Shown piece after piece: positions 51,901 through 64,000 of a stretch of 64,000 nt of DNA. The position numbers and the translations under genes were made by a program. Source of the DNA: Vicugna vicugna (Eukaryota); NCBI GenBank assembly GCA_013265495.1, contig MU058423.1, forward strand, positions 5,810,745-5,874,744, read 5' to 3'. The number at the start of each line of letters is the position of its first letter. Position 1 is the stretch's first letter. The notes beneath the pieces are model-generated. The model had not been told where the DNA came from, did no database searches, and was given only the letters and a program-made list of their open reading frames with translations.

Positions 51901-53599
51901 AACACCATTTTTTGACTGTATAGTGACTTGCCCAGACTAGTTATGTAAAGTCTGTCTCTCCTACAGTATTTGGTAGTTTCTTCTTTGCGTTTTTCAAGAT
52001 ATATTTCTATGCCTTCCTGTTTGCAAGCTCTATTTGCAAAAATTTCAACTTAATTATAAAGCTTCAGAATCAGAAGTTTTGGCTCTAAAATGTTTGATTA
52101 AAAATTACCAGTAGATGTTGACATTAATGCATGCAAAACTTGGAGTGACAATTTAGGACACAGGTTGAGTTATTAAGTAGTTTTGGAAACGCTCACACTT
52201 TTCTGATTCCTCATTAATGATGAGGGAAAAACAGAAAATACAGTCTTTCATGTTTTAGTTCAACCTAAATGCATTTTTTTGGTAAGTTCAGCACTCTATG
52301 TTTCATGTTTGTATCCATGTCTGTTATATATCTATAAGTTCTATACATTATACATTCATATTATATAATATTATATACAATTTATATAGTAAAATTTGAC
52401 AAAACATCTATTCTATATCATATAATACCCTGGCTTTTGGATAGTCATGGTTTAAACCTATGTCAGGAACATCTTTTCTATAGATCCCTTAATTTAGAAA
52501 GAACATGTTTTCAAACTCAATACTAGAATATTATACTGCATGCATTTACATTATGATTAAAAAATTTAGCTTCAATATGCTAACTGAATTCACAGTAGCA
52601 TTTATAATAATTCCAGATATTTTACATTCAACAGAAGAAACTTCCAAAAGCTTTAACTTTGATTCTATGAAATGGATGAAAATATTAAACTTATCAAATA
52701 ATTAACTATGTAGAGCACTTTATAACAATAACATAATGATATTATTTGACTCTTTTCATAATCATTGTGCCAATGGAACAGAGACATAATTAGCTTTACT
52801 TTTTGTGTGCTCCAAAGATTTGAGATTAAAAATGAGTGGAATTAATTTAGAAGAGCATATAATCAAATCTAAATGAAAAGTCATACATCAAAGAGTGATT
52901 TATTAACACTTCCTTTAGCTTGAGGCATTGAATCATTATTGTCAGGTCCAGTCTTTATATTAAGTACCTAATTTGAAGGAAATGCTGATACTTCTTCAGC
53001 AAATCTCAGTTTTATGAATTTCATTTGGTTATGGACATCACTATATTCTTCATGATGTAGATTATAAAGGCCAAAGATATACTGAGCAAGCTACATGTTT
53101 ATCAAAACTTTCTTGGAAAAATGTAGTAAAGGTTTTAGTTCCTATCTATGCTATCTCCAAGCAGAATGGCTCAGCCTGTTTTGTACACAGAATTTACAAA
53201 AATACTCAACTTGCAGCTTCCCACATTTTTCATGACATGATTTTGTGTACATTAACAAAAGTATAACTAGCTAGCATATTAAGTCCCAGTCAGGGGCAGT
53301 AGCATTAAATGCCTCCCAAATAATGAACTCCCTGAATGAGCTGACACTTGGCACTTGTGCTCAATTATAGCTTATTTTAACATATCCTTCATTGAAGGGA
53401 GGTATTAATTAGGTCTGAACATCTGAAAAGTGCTCAGAAAAGAGAGATATATAATCATAGATAAATATGACTTGTCTTTCATACTTAACTGAATGTAAAA
53501 GATAATTCTTTTCATTATATAACTATCTTATGATAGAAGCTAAAATTATAAAAAATAAAATTTAAAAAACCCCATTCAATCCTATATCCCCTTTTCTCT

Positions 53600-55915
53600 A
53601 GTTTTAAGCAATTTGATTGAATCAGTAAAACAAAATCTTCTAACATAAGTTCAGAACCATACAGCTTCACTGGGAAATCTTACCAAACATTTAAAGAAGA
53701 ATTAACACTAATTCTTCTTAACTCTTCCAAATAAAGAAGAGAAAGGAATACATCCACATTTATTTCATGAGGCCAGCATTACACTGATAGTAACATCAGA
53801 CAAGTATACTATAAGAAAAGAAAATTACAGGCTAAAATCCCTGATGAACGTACATATAGAAATCCTCAACAAAATATTAGCAAACCAACTTCAATAGCAC
53901 AGAAAAAGGATCAGGTACCATTATCAAATGGGATTTATCCTAAGGGTGTAAAGATGTTCAACATCCACAAATCAATCAATTCATAATGTATTAACAAAAT
54001 GAAGCAAAAAACTGTAATGCCACCTAAATAGTTGCAAAAAAAGCATGTGACAAAATTACATCCTTTCATGATAAGGGCTCTCAACAAACTGGATATAGAG
54101 GAAATGTACCTAAGCATAATAAAGGCCACATAAGACAAGCCCACAGCTAATATACTGAACAATGAAAAGCTGAAAGCTTTCCCTCCAAGATCAGGAACAA
54201 GATAAGGATGCCCAGTCTGCCACTTATATGCAGATATTTTTCAATAGTTAATACTACAGGACTACATGGTACACCATTGGTTGAATCCATGGATACAAAG
54301 GAATCACAGAATCAGAGCCTTACTATAAATTATACATGGATTAAGCCCCCATATTGTTCAAGGGGGCTTGACTGTTTAAAGATGATGGCTGCACTGTAAG
54401 TCCTAGCCAGACAATTAGGCAGGAAAAAGAAATAAAAGACATCCAAATGGAAAAAAAAGTAAAACTGTCTCTATTTGCAGATAATATTATATACTATATA
54501 GAAATCCCGAAAGACTGCACCAAAAAACCATGTGAGAACTAATAAATAAATTCAGTAAAGTTCAGAATACCAAGTCAATATACAAAAATCAGTTACGTTT
54601 CTAGACACCAACAATACACTTTTACAAAGAGAAATCAAGAAAGCAATCATGTTTACAATAGCATCAATAATAATAAAATACTTAGAAATAAGTTTAACCA
54701 AGAAGGTAAAAGATTTCTACACTAAAACCTGTATGACAATGATGAAGGAAACTGAAGACATATATGAATGGAAAGATCTTTTCACAGTCATGGACTGGAA
54801 GAATTAATATTGTTAATATGCTCAAATGACCCAAAGTAACCTACTGATTCAACGTGATCCTTATTAAAATCCCAATGACATTTTTTACAGAAATATTTAA
54901 AAAATTCTAAAATTTGTATTGAACCACAAAAACCCACCCCTTGGTAGTCAAAGCAATCCTGAGAAGGAAGATTGAAGCAAAAAAATAGTCTCTTCAATAA
55001 ATGGTGTTGGAAACACATCCAAAAGAATGAAACTGAAACACTATCTTACACCATACACAAAAATCAACTCAAAATGGATTAAGGATTCAAACGTAAAATC
55101 TGAAAATAGAAAATTCCTAGACGAAAACATAAGGGAAAACTTCATGACATTGGTTTTGGCAGTGAATCCTTGGATATGACACCAAAAGCACAAGCAATAA
55201 AAGCAAAATTACACAAGTAGTATAACATCAAACTACTTAGCTTATGCACAGCAAAGGAAATAATCAAGAATGAAAAGGCAACCTACAAACTGGGAGAAAA
55301 CATTTACAAACTATCTGATAAGGTGTTAACACCTAAAATATGTAAGGAACTCATACAACTCAACAGCAAAAAATAAATAACATGATTTAAAAATGGCAAA
55401 GAATATGAATAGACATCTCTCCAAAGAAGATTTACAAATCATCAATAGGTATTTGATATAGTATAGATGCTCATTATCTCTAAACATCAGAGAAATACAG
55501 ATCAAAGCCACAATGAGATATCACCTCATATCTGTTAGAATGACTATTATTAAAAATAAATAAATAAAAAATAAACACTGGGAGAGGCTGTGGAGAAAAT
55601 GGAATGTAGTAAAATGTAAAATAGTGCTGCTGCTATGAAAAAATAGTATGGAAGTGTCTCAAAAATTAAAAATAGAACTACCATATGGTCCAGCAATCTT
55701 AACTCTGGATATATACCCAAAAGAACTGAAATTAGGCTTGTGAAGAGATATATGTGCTCCCATGTTCATTATAGCATTATTTACACTACCAAGATACGGA
55801 AACAACTCAAATGGCTATCAACAGACAAATGAATACAGAAAATGTGGTATATACATAGAATGGGCCATTAATCATCCTTAAAAAAAGAAGAAAAATTTGC
55901 CATTTCCAACAATAT
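53600..55915 (+). mobile_element. L1 (L1MA-like) ORF2 remnant incl. RT region
   Basis: RT motifs (tcaggaacaagataaggatgccc; tctctatttgcagataatat = LFADx). Many stops. Internal deletion near 54980. Confidence 0.9.
54219..54374 (-). mobile_element. MER8-like (Tigger2 family) MITE within the L1
   Basis: ccacttatatgcagatattttcaatagttaatactacagg...ggttgaatcc...ttgttcaagggg...actg. Only one TIR present. Confidence 0.75.
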
Positions 55916-58267
55916 CTTGATTTTTGTGTTACTATAGTTTTGTACTACTGTACAGTGTCAGTTAAAACCATTATCATGCATTTTGAAATACAAAAGTATG
56001 TCTACAAATACTTCTGTGCTTTTTTTTTCTGTGTACTTTTCCTTCAAATAATCTTTAACATAAATGCAAATATATTAATAAGGGTCAGATTATCTTCATC
56101 TATTGAACAAGTTACTCATAGATGTTACCTGCTGATTTAAACAAGTTTTGATATGACTTTTATCAAAGTGATACTTAATTACATTTAATACTTCTAAAAC
56201 CAAGAAAATTCAATAACACATCTTTAAAGGATCAAGGATATTAAATAGAAATTTCTAAAAACTCACTTACTGATAGAATGTGCATATGTACCAAGAGACT
56301 AAGCCATCATCTTTTAACAGCCATTACAACAAAAAGATGTACTCCCTTGAAAGCAAAGAGGATACAAGAAGATAATGCATTATAGTTATTTTCATTGTCT
56401 TAGGTAGATTCTGACAAATTGATGAAAGACGATTTTTTTTTTTTTTGCTAGTTTGGGTCAATTACATATATAGAGAATTGGAATTGATATAACCTCCTAC
56501 TCTTTGCTGGTTCATGTCTGGTATCACACACTAATAGACAAATCCCAGACCATCTGGCTACTAACAGAACAGGTCAGAGGTCAAGGACTGTTTAGCAGAG
56601 GATAGTATGTCAGCTGCTTTGTCACAGTCTTTCGTATTTTCATCTTTGTTTAGAAGACCTGTTCTTTGTTATATGAAGGTGTCACTTCCTGTTGTCTAGA
56701 ACTACGTGAGATAAAAACAGACTTTGCTTCATAAAGTTTAATCAGGAGGTTTGACCTTTTTAATTGTGTGAGGGCAAAATTGTCCAATTAGAAAATGGAT
56801 ATATTTAAAAATAGTGATATATTGCTATTTCTTAGTTTAGTTATAGTAATTCTCCAAATGTTACTTTTTTAAATTACATTTAAAAAAAAATGCTGCAGTA
56901 AAGATTACTGCAGAACACTAAAAGTATAAACAACCGGTCAAGGTTCATTCATGCCGATGAATAAAAGGAAAAAATGAAATGTAAAGTTACCAGCTTGGTA
57001 CATGGGAATACATTACAATTAAAAAACATAAAAATTAAATTCCACATTTGGTTAGCAGTAAGGAATGCTGATGTTTAAAAATTACAAATTTTATGATGAT
57101 TGTAACATAAATGGAATTACGCACTATAATATAAGCATTATTTTGTACAGAACAACATTAGATTTATTAGAGTTATTAAACTGCAGTGCTGTTGCATATA
57201 TGAATAGGAAATTAATTTCATAATCAAAGATAAACATATTTAAGGGAAGTTAATATTTTAGTTTACTTAAAAGTCTTTCTTATTTACATGTCACTTCTAG
57301 TGAGGTCTGCTACTGAATTGAATACGTGATGTCATGTATCTAGCCACATTCTAAAATGACATATTAATGCTACTAGAATATTAATGATTAATAAGTTATT
57401 TTTTATAGCTATCTTTCAAATTTTGCACAAAACATTGCATTATAGTGTAATAGATGTATTTTTTGTAAAGGAGTATAAAGAAAAATGGTTCTAAAATCAC
57501 TCTGCTTTAGTCATTAATCAATATGTTAAACATGTTTCTACCATGCGTCCCATAATGTTCTAAATTATTGGGATTCATAACTCAATAAAACACACCAAAA
57601 TTAATGGATAGTACAATTCTTTGTGATATAAGGAATATATAGTTTATAATAGTCAAAAGGCTGATTTAAGTGTATAGGAGTAAATGTCTACAGAACAACA
57701 ACAGGTAAAACAATTATCATTCTTTTGTAAAAATAACTGAAGAGTTGAATACACTTGTACCTAGAAAGAAGTAATTTAAAAGGTGGCATACTTATAAACT
57801 CACATAGCTGAAAGAAATGCAAATTATGTATATTAGCTGACATATATATACAATAATATGTATGATTTCTAAATATTCTTACAGAGAATCTCAACATATC
57901 TATGATATGTATATACATATACATAGAAGTATATATAACATCTGTCTTGAATCATTTATGTAAATAAATATTTTTATAAGTTAAATCATATATAAAATGT
58001 ATGACAAAGCTCATTCTAACTTGAGGCAAATCTTGTCAGAGAAATATTCCTCTGTAAGTTTAATTAATGTAGCTGATATATAGTGTTATAGGATATAGGT
58101 ATAGTGCATTATAATTTTAAAAGTTATTTTTAGCTATTTTATTAATTTCCATAGCTACACTTTAAAGAAAGATAATACGTGATGCGATCTCAGTGTGACT
58201 GAAGAAAGAGACTTTGGATATGAGTTTCACAATTAATATGGACTGTACTACCATTGTTCCACCATGC

Positions 58268-58593
58268 TGTGAAAGTTAATTTCTGTTTAAACTTGACTAG
58301 ACTATGGTACAAGTTATTTTGTCCAAATAACTTGTTGTTTAGATATTGCTGTGTAGGTATTTTTTAGATGTGATTAACATTTACATTCAGTTGACTTTAA
58401 GCAAAGCAGAATACTCTGCAATAATGTGAATGGGCCTCATCCAGTGATTTTAAGACTTTAAAAGCAAACACTGAAGTTCTCTAAAGAGGAAGGAATTGTG
58501 CCTCAAAACTACATCATAGAAATATCTACCTCTCTCTCTGTCTCTCTCTCTCTCTCTACCTACCTACCTACCTACCTACCTACTTACCTACCT

Positions 58594-58630
<37 letters not shown>

Positions 58631-58697
58631 ATCTATCTCTCTATCTAATCTATCTATCATATTTGTTCTGTTTCTCTGGAGAATCCTGACTAACAGA
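58268..58697 (+). mobile_element. MLT2B-like (ERVL) solo LTR
   Basis: tgtgaaagttaattt...aacttgactag...gttctgtttctctggagaatcctgactaa. TSD CATGC (58263-58267) / GATGC (58698-58702). Confidence 0.85.
58530..58658. repeat. compound microsatellite (CT)n(CTAC)n(CTGTCT)n(CTAT)n
   Basis: Directly visible inside the MLT2 LTR. Confidence 0.9.
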
Positions 58698-60269
58698 GAT
58701 GCCAAAGAATAAAATAGAAGTATAAATTCTGGCCTTATTTTTTAATGTAATGACTTGGCTTGCATTCAACAAATTCATCATTGCTCAATTTCTAAATTTG
58801 TAAAGAGGATATTTTGAACATTAAATAATCAAGTGATATAATATGTAACTACTATTTAAACATTGCTCAAATTTTAAAATTTCATTTTTATTTTTATCAA
58901 AATATTAATGGCTAGAACTAAAAAGCATATAAACTAAGTAAATATTGTTAATTTATTATCACTTGGCTGAAATTCAAAGAAAGAATACAGATATCACCTA
59001 ACATATACATTCATATTTTCCACTAATGTTAAATCCAAACTGGGTAAAAGACAACAAACATTTAAAAAGTTATCAAAGTAAACTGCATATTAATTCTTAA
59101 TTCTAGAATTTAAGACTATTTTGCAAACCAGATGCCAACCCATGACATTTTAACAGGTCTCACTGGGTGGATGAATGCAGAGGGAGGGAAGTCTATTTGT
59201 TTCTGGCCAAATATTTTTAATGAATATAGTTATAGAAAAGTCCCCTAAAATTTCTTGACATATATAATTGGAGCCTCCTCTCATGCTTAGTGTTATATTA
59301 ACTAACTTTATTCTTTCTTATACTTTGGTTATGATGAGAGTCCAAGTAATCTTCAAATTATTTCTACTTACCTTGCAAAAATACATTTTCTTATTCACTA
59401 GTAAGATTTAACTAGCAATAAGGCCAGATTGGACTATTATTTCTAAAATGAATGTGAACTTTATAACTTAGTCTAGTGAATATTTTTAAAGACAGAAAGT
59501 GGGGTGAAAGCCTTGTTCAAAATTAATTCTGTATATACTGCAGCAGATGGACCACACTCTGGTCTGTTTCAGAGTCATAAATCTCTTTATGGCTCTTCTG
59601 TTAACGTTAAAGCAAGGCCTATTTGGCAGGTGATAAGACTCTTTCAAATGATATGAGTGAAAACTCTCTGGCTTGCTTGATCACTGATCAGTGGAAATGA
59701 GACAGTATGTTCCATAGATGTAATTAGGGTGGATATAATTTGATAGTTTACCAAATAAAGCTGTTTATTTTAATTTTATTTTTTCAAGGCCAGGTTGAGA
59801 TTATTATGATCATCTAAGCAAGCCCCAGAAAGTTCTGTCATAATTTTGAAATATGATTTCCTGTTACTGTAATTTTAAAAGAAAATTAGGCTTGTGAGAT
59901 AAGAATGGGAGCTCATGAAAAATGTGTTAGCAATGTGTCTATATTAGGATTGTGATTAATTTCAAATTATATATAACATTTTGGAAAATGCAGTGAGAAA
60001 CATGAAATTTTCACTCTTTTCTTCACCATTACAATGCAGGCAGCCTACTCATCTGAGCTTCCTGTTCATCTATAAACTGAAGAGTTACTGTAATCAATTC
60101 TATCCTCCACTTTTCACTATACTCAAAATACATAAAACAACAATAACAAAACCAGTTACAACTAACCCTTACCCTAACTGCAGCCTGTTTTACTGATCAT
60201 CTACCCACTGTCAATTAGTCTACCTGCAATGACTCCTATACTATCTAATTTTAATCCTAATAAAAACCC

Positions 60270-60640
60270 TAAATTGATATAATAATGTTTATTTTATAAA
60301 TTAGGAAGATTATCATTTTTCTATACCCTTGAAATGTATTTCTAGTACTGAGGATATACTGCATGTCCCACAGATACTTATTACCTAGAAAAATAAGTCC
60401 TTTCAGAGACTCTTTTGTACCCCTTACACAATTATATCTAGTCATCATGTCTCCAAAGGTTCCTCCTTGATGTAAAGGTTTCTCAAATACTCGTTGTTTT
60501 TGATGACTTTTACAGTTTTGGTGAATACTGGTCAAGTATTTTATAGAATGTCCCTCAAATGGGATATATATATTTTTTTCCTAATAGGTACCTGAGAATA
60601 CAGGTTTTGGGAGATAGACCATAAAAGATAAATGTCAGAT
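60270..60640 (-). mobile_element. L1MC-like 3' end
   Basis: ttttgatgacttttacagttttggtgaatactggtcaagtattttatagaatgtccctcaa. Confidence 0.7.
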
Positions 60641-60724
60641 ATATTTTTATCAAATGTATATAAAACATATATATACATATCAAATATATATGATAAAAAT
60701 ATATAAAATTTTATATATATATAA

Positions 60725-62330
60725 AATTTCTTTATGCATTCATCCATCAATGGACACTTAGGTTGTTTCTATATCTTGGCTATTGTAAATAATGTTGCAA
60801 TGAACATGGAGGTGCATATGTCTTTTCCACTCAGTGTTTTCCTTTTCTTCATATAAATACCCAGCAGTGGAAATGCTGGATAATAATTTTTGAGGAATCT
60901 TCATACTGTTTAACATAGTGACTACACCAAGTTATACTTCCACCAATAGTGCACAAGGGTTCCCTTTTCTCCACATCCTTGACAATACTTGTTATTTCTA
61001 GTCTTTTTGATAACAGATAATAGTCATTCTAACCGGTGTAAGGTGACATCTCATTGTCATTTTGATTTGCATTTCTCTGATGATTAATGATGAGCATTTC
61101 TCATGTACCTGTTGGCCAGCTGTACATCTTCTTTGGAAAAAAAAATGTCTGTTCCATTCTTTAGCCCATGTAAAAATTGCATTGTTTGTTTACTTGCTAT
61201 TGAGTTGTATGAGTTCTTTGCATATTTTAGATATTAACCTCTTATCAGATATATGACTTTCAAACATTTTCTCGCATTCAGTAGGTTGCTTTTTTATTTT
61301 GTTGATAGTTTCCTTTTATCAAAGAAGTTTATCAAATCATTTCCAAGACTGATGTCAAAGAGCTTACTACTGCTTAAGTTTTTTTCTAGGATTTTATAGC
61401 TTCAGGTCTTATGTTCAAGTCTTTAGTCCATTTTGAGCTAACTTTTGTGCATAAGATATTAATTCAGTTTCACTTTTTTGCAAGTGGCTGTCCATTTTTC
61501 CCAACACCATTTACTGAAGAGACTGTCCTTTTCCCATTGCATTTTCTTGGCTCTTATGTCATAAGTTAATTGGCTGTGTGTATGGGTTTATTTCTTGGCT
61601 CTCTATTCTGTTTCATTGCTCTATATGTGTTTATGCCAGTGTGTTTTATGTCACAATGGTTTGATTACTAAAGTCTCGTAGTACTGTTTGAAATCAAGAA
61701 ACAGCATGATGATTGCTCCAGTTTTAGTCTTCTTTCTCTAGACTGCTTTGGCTATTTGGGTTCTTTTGTGGTTCTATACAAATTTTAGGATTGTTTGTAC
61801 TATTTCTGTAAAAAATGTCATTAGGATTTTAATAAGGATTGCACTGAATCTATATATTTCTTTGAGTAGTGTAGACATTTTAAAAATATTAATTTTTTCC
61901 AATTCTTGAACACAAAATATCTTTCCATTCATTTGTGTCTTTTTCAATTTCTTTCATTGATGTCTTACAGCTTTCAATATACAGACTGAAATTTCCTTGG
62001 TTCAATTTATTCTTAGATATTTTACTCTTTCTGATATAATTGCAAATGAAATTGTTTACTTAATTTATCTTTCTGATAGTCTGTGATTAGTGTATAGAAA
62101 AGACAACAGATTTTTGTGTATTGATTTTGTATTCCTGTAACTGTACTGAATTTATTAGCTCTAACAGTTTTTTAATGGAGTCTTTATTGTTTTCAATATA
62201 TAATATCATGTCATCTGCAAATACTGACAGCTTTACTTCTTTTCCAGTTTGGATGTCTTTTATCTTTCTTGTCTTTATTATGGCTAGGACTTACAATACT
62301 ATGTTGAATAAAAGTGGTGAGAGTGGGTAT
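60725..62330 (-). mobile_element. L1 (L1MA-like) ORF2 / 3' UTR
   Basis: Reverse-complement homology to ~54200-55900 (cccaacaccatttactgaagagact; gtcatctgcaaata). Confidence 0.9.
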
Positions 62331-62354
62331 CAGTTTGTCTGTATGTGTAGATTC

Positions 62355-62600
62355 TTTTTTTAAACAACACAAATTTATTACCTTATATTTTTGAAGGTCA
62401 GAAGTTCAAAATAGGCCTCAGCGGGCTAAAATCAATGTGTGGCAGGACTGCATTCTTTTGGGAAGCTTTGAGGAGACTTCATTTCCTTGCCTTTTCTAAA
62501 TTCTGGACATTGCCCACATTCCTTGGCTTGCAGCCCCTCATCACTTTAACTTCTGCTGTGTTGTCATATTTCTCTCTCTGATTCTCTTGCTTTTCCTTTA
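62355..62600 (-). mobile_element. MLT1 LTR fragment
   Basis: ttaaacaacacaaatttatta...ggtcagaagttcaaaataggcctcagcgggctaaaatcaa. Confidence 0.8.
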
Positions 62601-64000
62601 TCTTTTTTTCCCCATTTTTAAATTGAAGTAAAATTGATTTACAATGTTGTATTAGTTTCTGGTGTACAGTATAGTGATTCAGTTATACACATATATATTT
62701 TTTCACTACAGGTTACTGCAAGCCATTGAATACAGATCCCTGTACTACATAGTAGAACCTTGTTGTTCATCTATTCTGTACATAGCAGTTTATATTTGCC
62801 AATCCCAAACTCCCAATTTATCCCTCTCTGCCTCCTTTCCCCCAGCTAACCATGTTGTTTTCTGTCAGTGAGTCTCTTTCTGTTTTGTAAATAAGTTCAC
62901 TGGTGTCATTTTTTTAGATTCCACAAATAAGCAATATTATCTGCTATTTGTCTTTGATGGACTGACTGACTTCACTTAGCAGGATAATCTCTGGTTCCAT
63001 CCATGTTGCTGAAAATGACATTATTTCATTCTTCTTTACGGCTGAATAATCCGTTGTATATAGATGCCACACCTTCTTTATCTAGTCATCTTTCATTGGA
63101 CATTTATGTTTTGTGACTTGGCTATTTTAAAAAGTGCTGCTATGACCATTGGGCAAATGTATCTTTTCCAGTTAGAGTTTTCTCTGGATATATGCCTGGG
63201 GGTGGGATTGCTGGATCCTACAGTAATTCTTTTTAGTTTTTTAAGGACTCTCCATACAGCTCTCCAGAGTGGCTGTGCCAGTTTGCATTCCCACAACAGT
63301 GTAGAAGTGTTGCTTTTTCTCCACACCCTCTCCAGTATTCATTATTTGTAGGTTTTCTGATGGCAGCCATTCTGACAGGTGTGAGGTGAAACCTCATTGT
63401 AGTTCTGATTTGCATTTCTCTGAAAATTAGTGACATTAAGCATTTTATCATGTATCTGTTAGTCATCTGTGTATCTTCTTTGGAGAAATGTTTGTTTAGG
63501 TCTTCTGCCCATTTTTTGCTTGGGTTGTTTGTTTGTTTTTTAAATTGAGTTGTGTATGCTGCTAGTTTATTTTGGAAATTGATCCCTTGTAGGTCACACA
63601 TTGTTTGCAAATATTTTCTCCCATTCCTTAGCTTATCTTTTCATTTTGTTTATGGTTTCCTTTGCTGTGCAAAAGCTTTTAAGTTTAATTAGGTCCCATT
63701 TGTTTATTTTGTTTTTACTTCCATTACTCTAGGAGATGGATCGAAAGAAATATTGCTGCAATTTATGTCAACGAGTGTTCTGCCTATGTTTTCCTCTAGG
63801 AGTTTTATAGTATCCGGTCTTACATTTAAGTCTTCAATCAATTTTGGGTTTATTTTTGTATATGGCACTAGAGAATGTTCTAATTTCATTCCTTTACATG
63901 TAGCTGTCCAGTTTTCCCAGCATCATTTATTGTATTTTTCTCCATTGTGTATTCTTGCTTCCTTTTCAAAGGTTAACTGACCATAAATGCATGGTTTATT
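62601..64000 (-). mobile_element. relatively young L1 3' end, running off the window
   Basis: Antisense tail ttttttaaattgaagta...tgtacagtatagtgattcagttatacac. ORF2 remnants ([32 protein letters not shown]). Confidence 0.9.

Noticed and set aside
56265..59445. Two minus-strand segments with good splice signals (~56270-56345 and ~59371-59441)
   Set aside because: Stops in all frames. A spliced lncRNA cannot be excluded but cannot be supported from sequence alone.
1..64000. Prokaryotic-type systems (CRISPR arrays, operons), tRNA/rRNA genes, proviral gag/pol/env
   Set aside because: No regularly spaced repeats, long ORFs, structured RNA genes or ERV internal sequence seen; the LTRs are solo or fragmentary.

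Overview
AT-rich, CpG-poor placental-mammal genomic DNA. I find no protein-coding exon, RNA gene or CpG island that I can support, so it is intergenic or deep intronic. The listed ORFs are chance ORFs or decayed L1/Tigger1 remnants. Much of the window is transposon-derived: L1, L2, MIR, MaLR/ERVL LTRs, Tigger1, MER8, an Arthur1-like hAT and many ERV solo LTRs. Family names are recognised by eye, not by database search. The youngest L1 3' ends look cetartiodactyl-type, and I see no Alu, B1/B2, BovB/Bov-tA, PRE1, CHR or Can-SINE, so a camelid source is inferred. Main observations: (1) about 13 ERV LTRs are packed into 2.4-19.6 kb, several with intact target-site duplications (TSDs) and nested in each other. 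(2) A ~1.2-kb inversion inside that cluster can be reconstructed from split, flipped TSDs. (3) A TSD-bounded, 5'-inverted L1 carries ~760 bp of unrelated, older-looking sequence. (4) A 121-bp locally templated insertion sits next to a perfect 20-bp palindrome. These are genome-rearrangement signatures; I cannot demonstrate a new gene system from this sequence.
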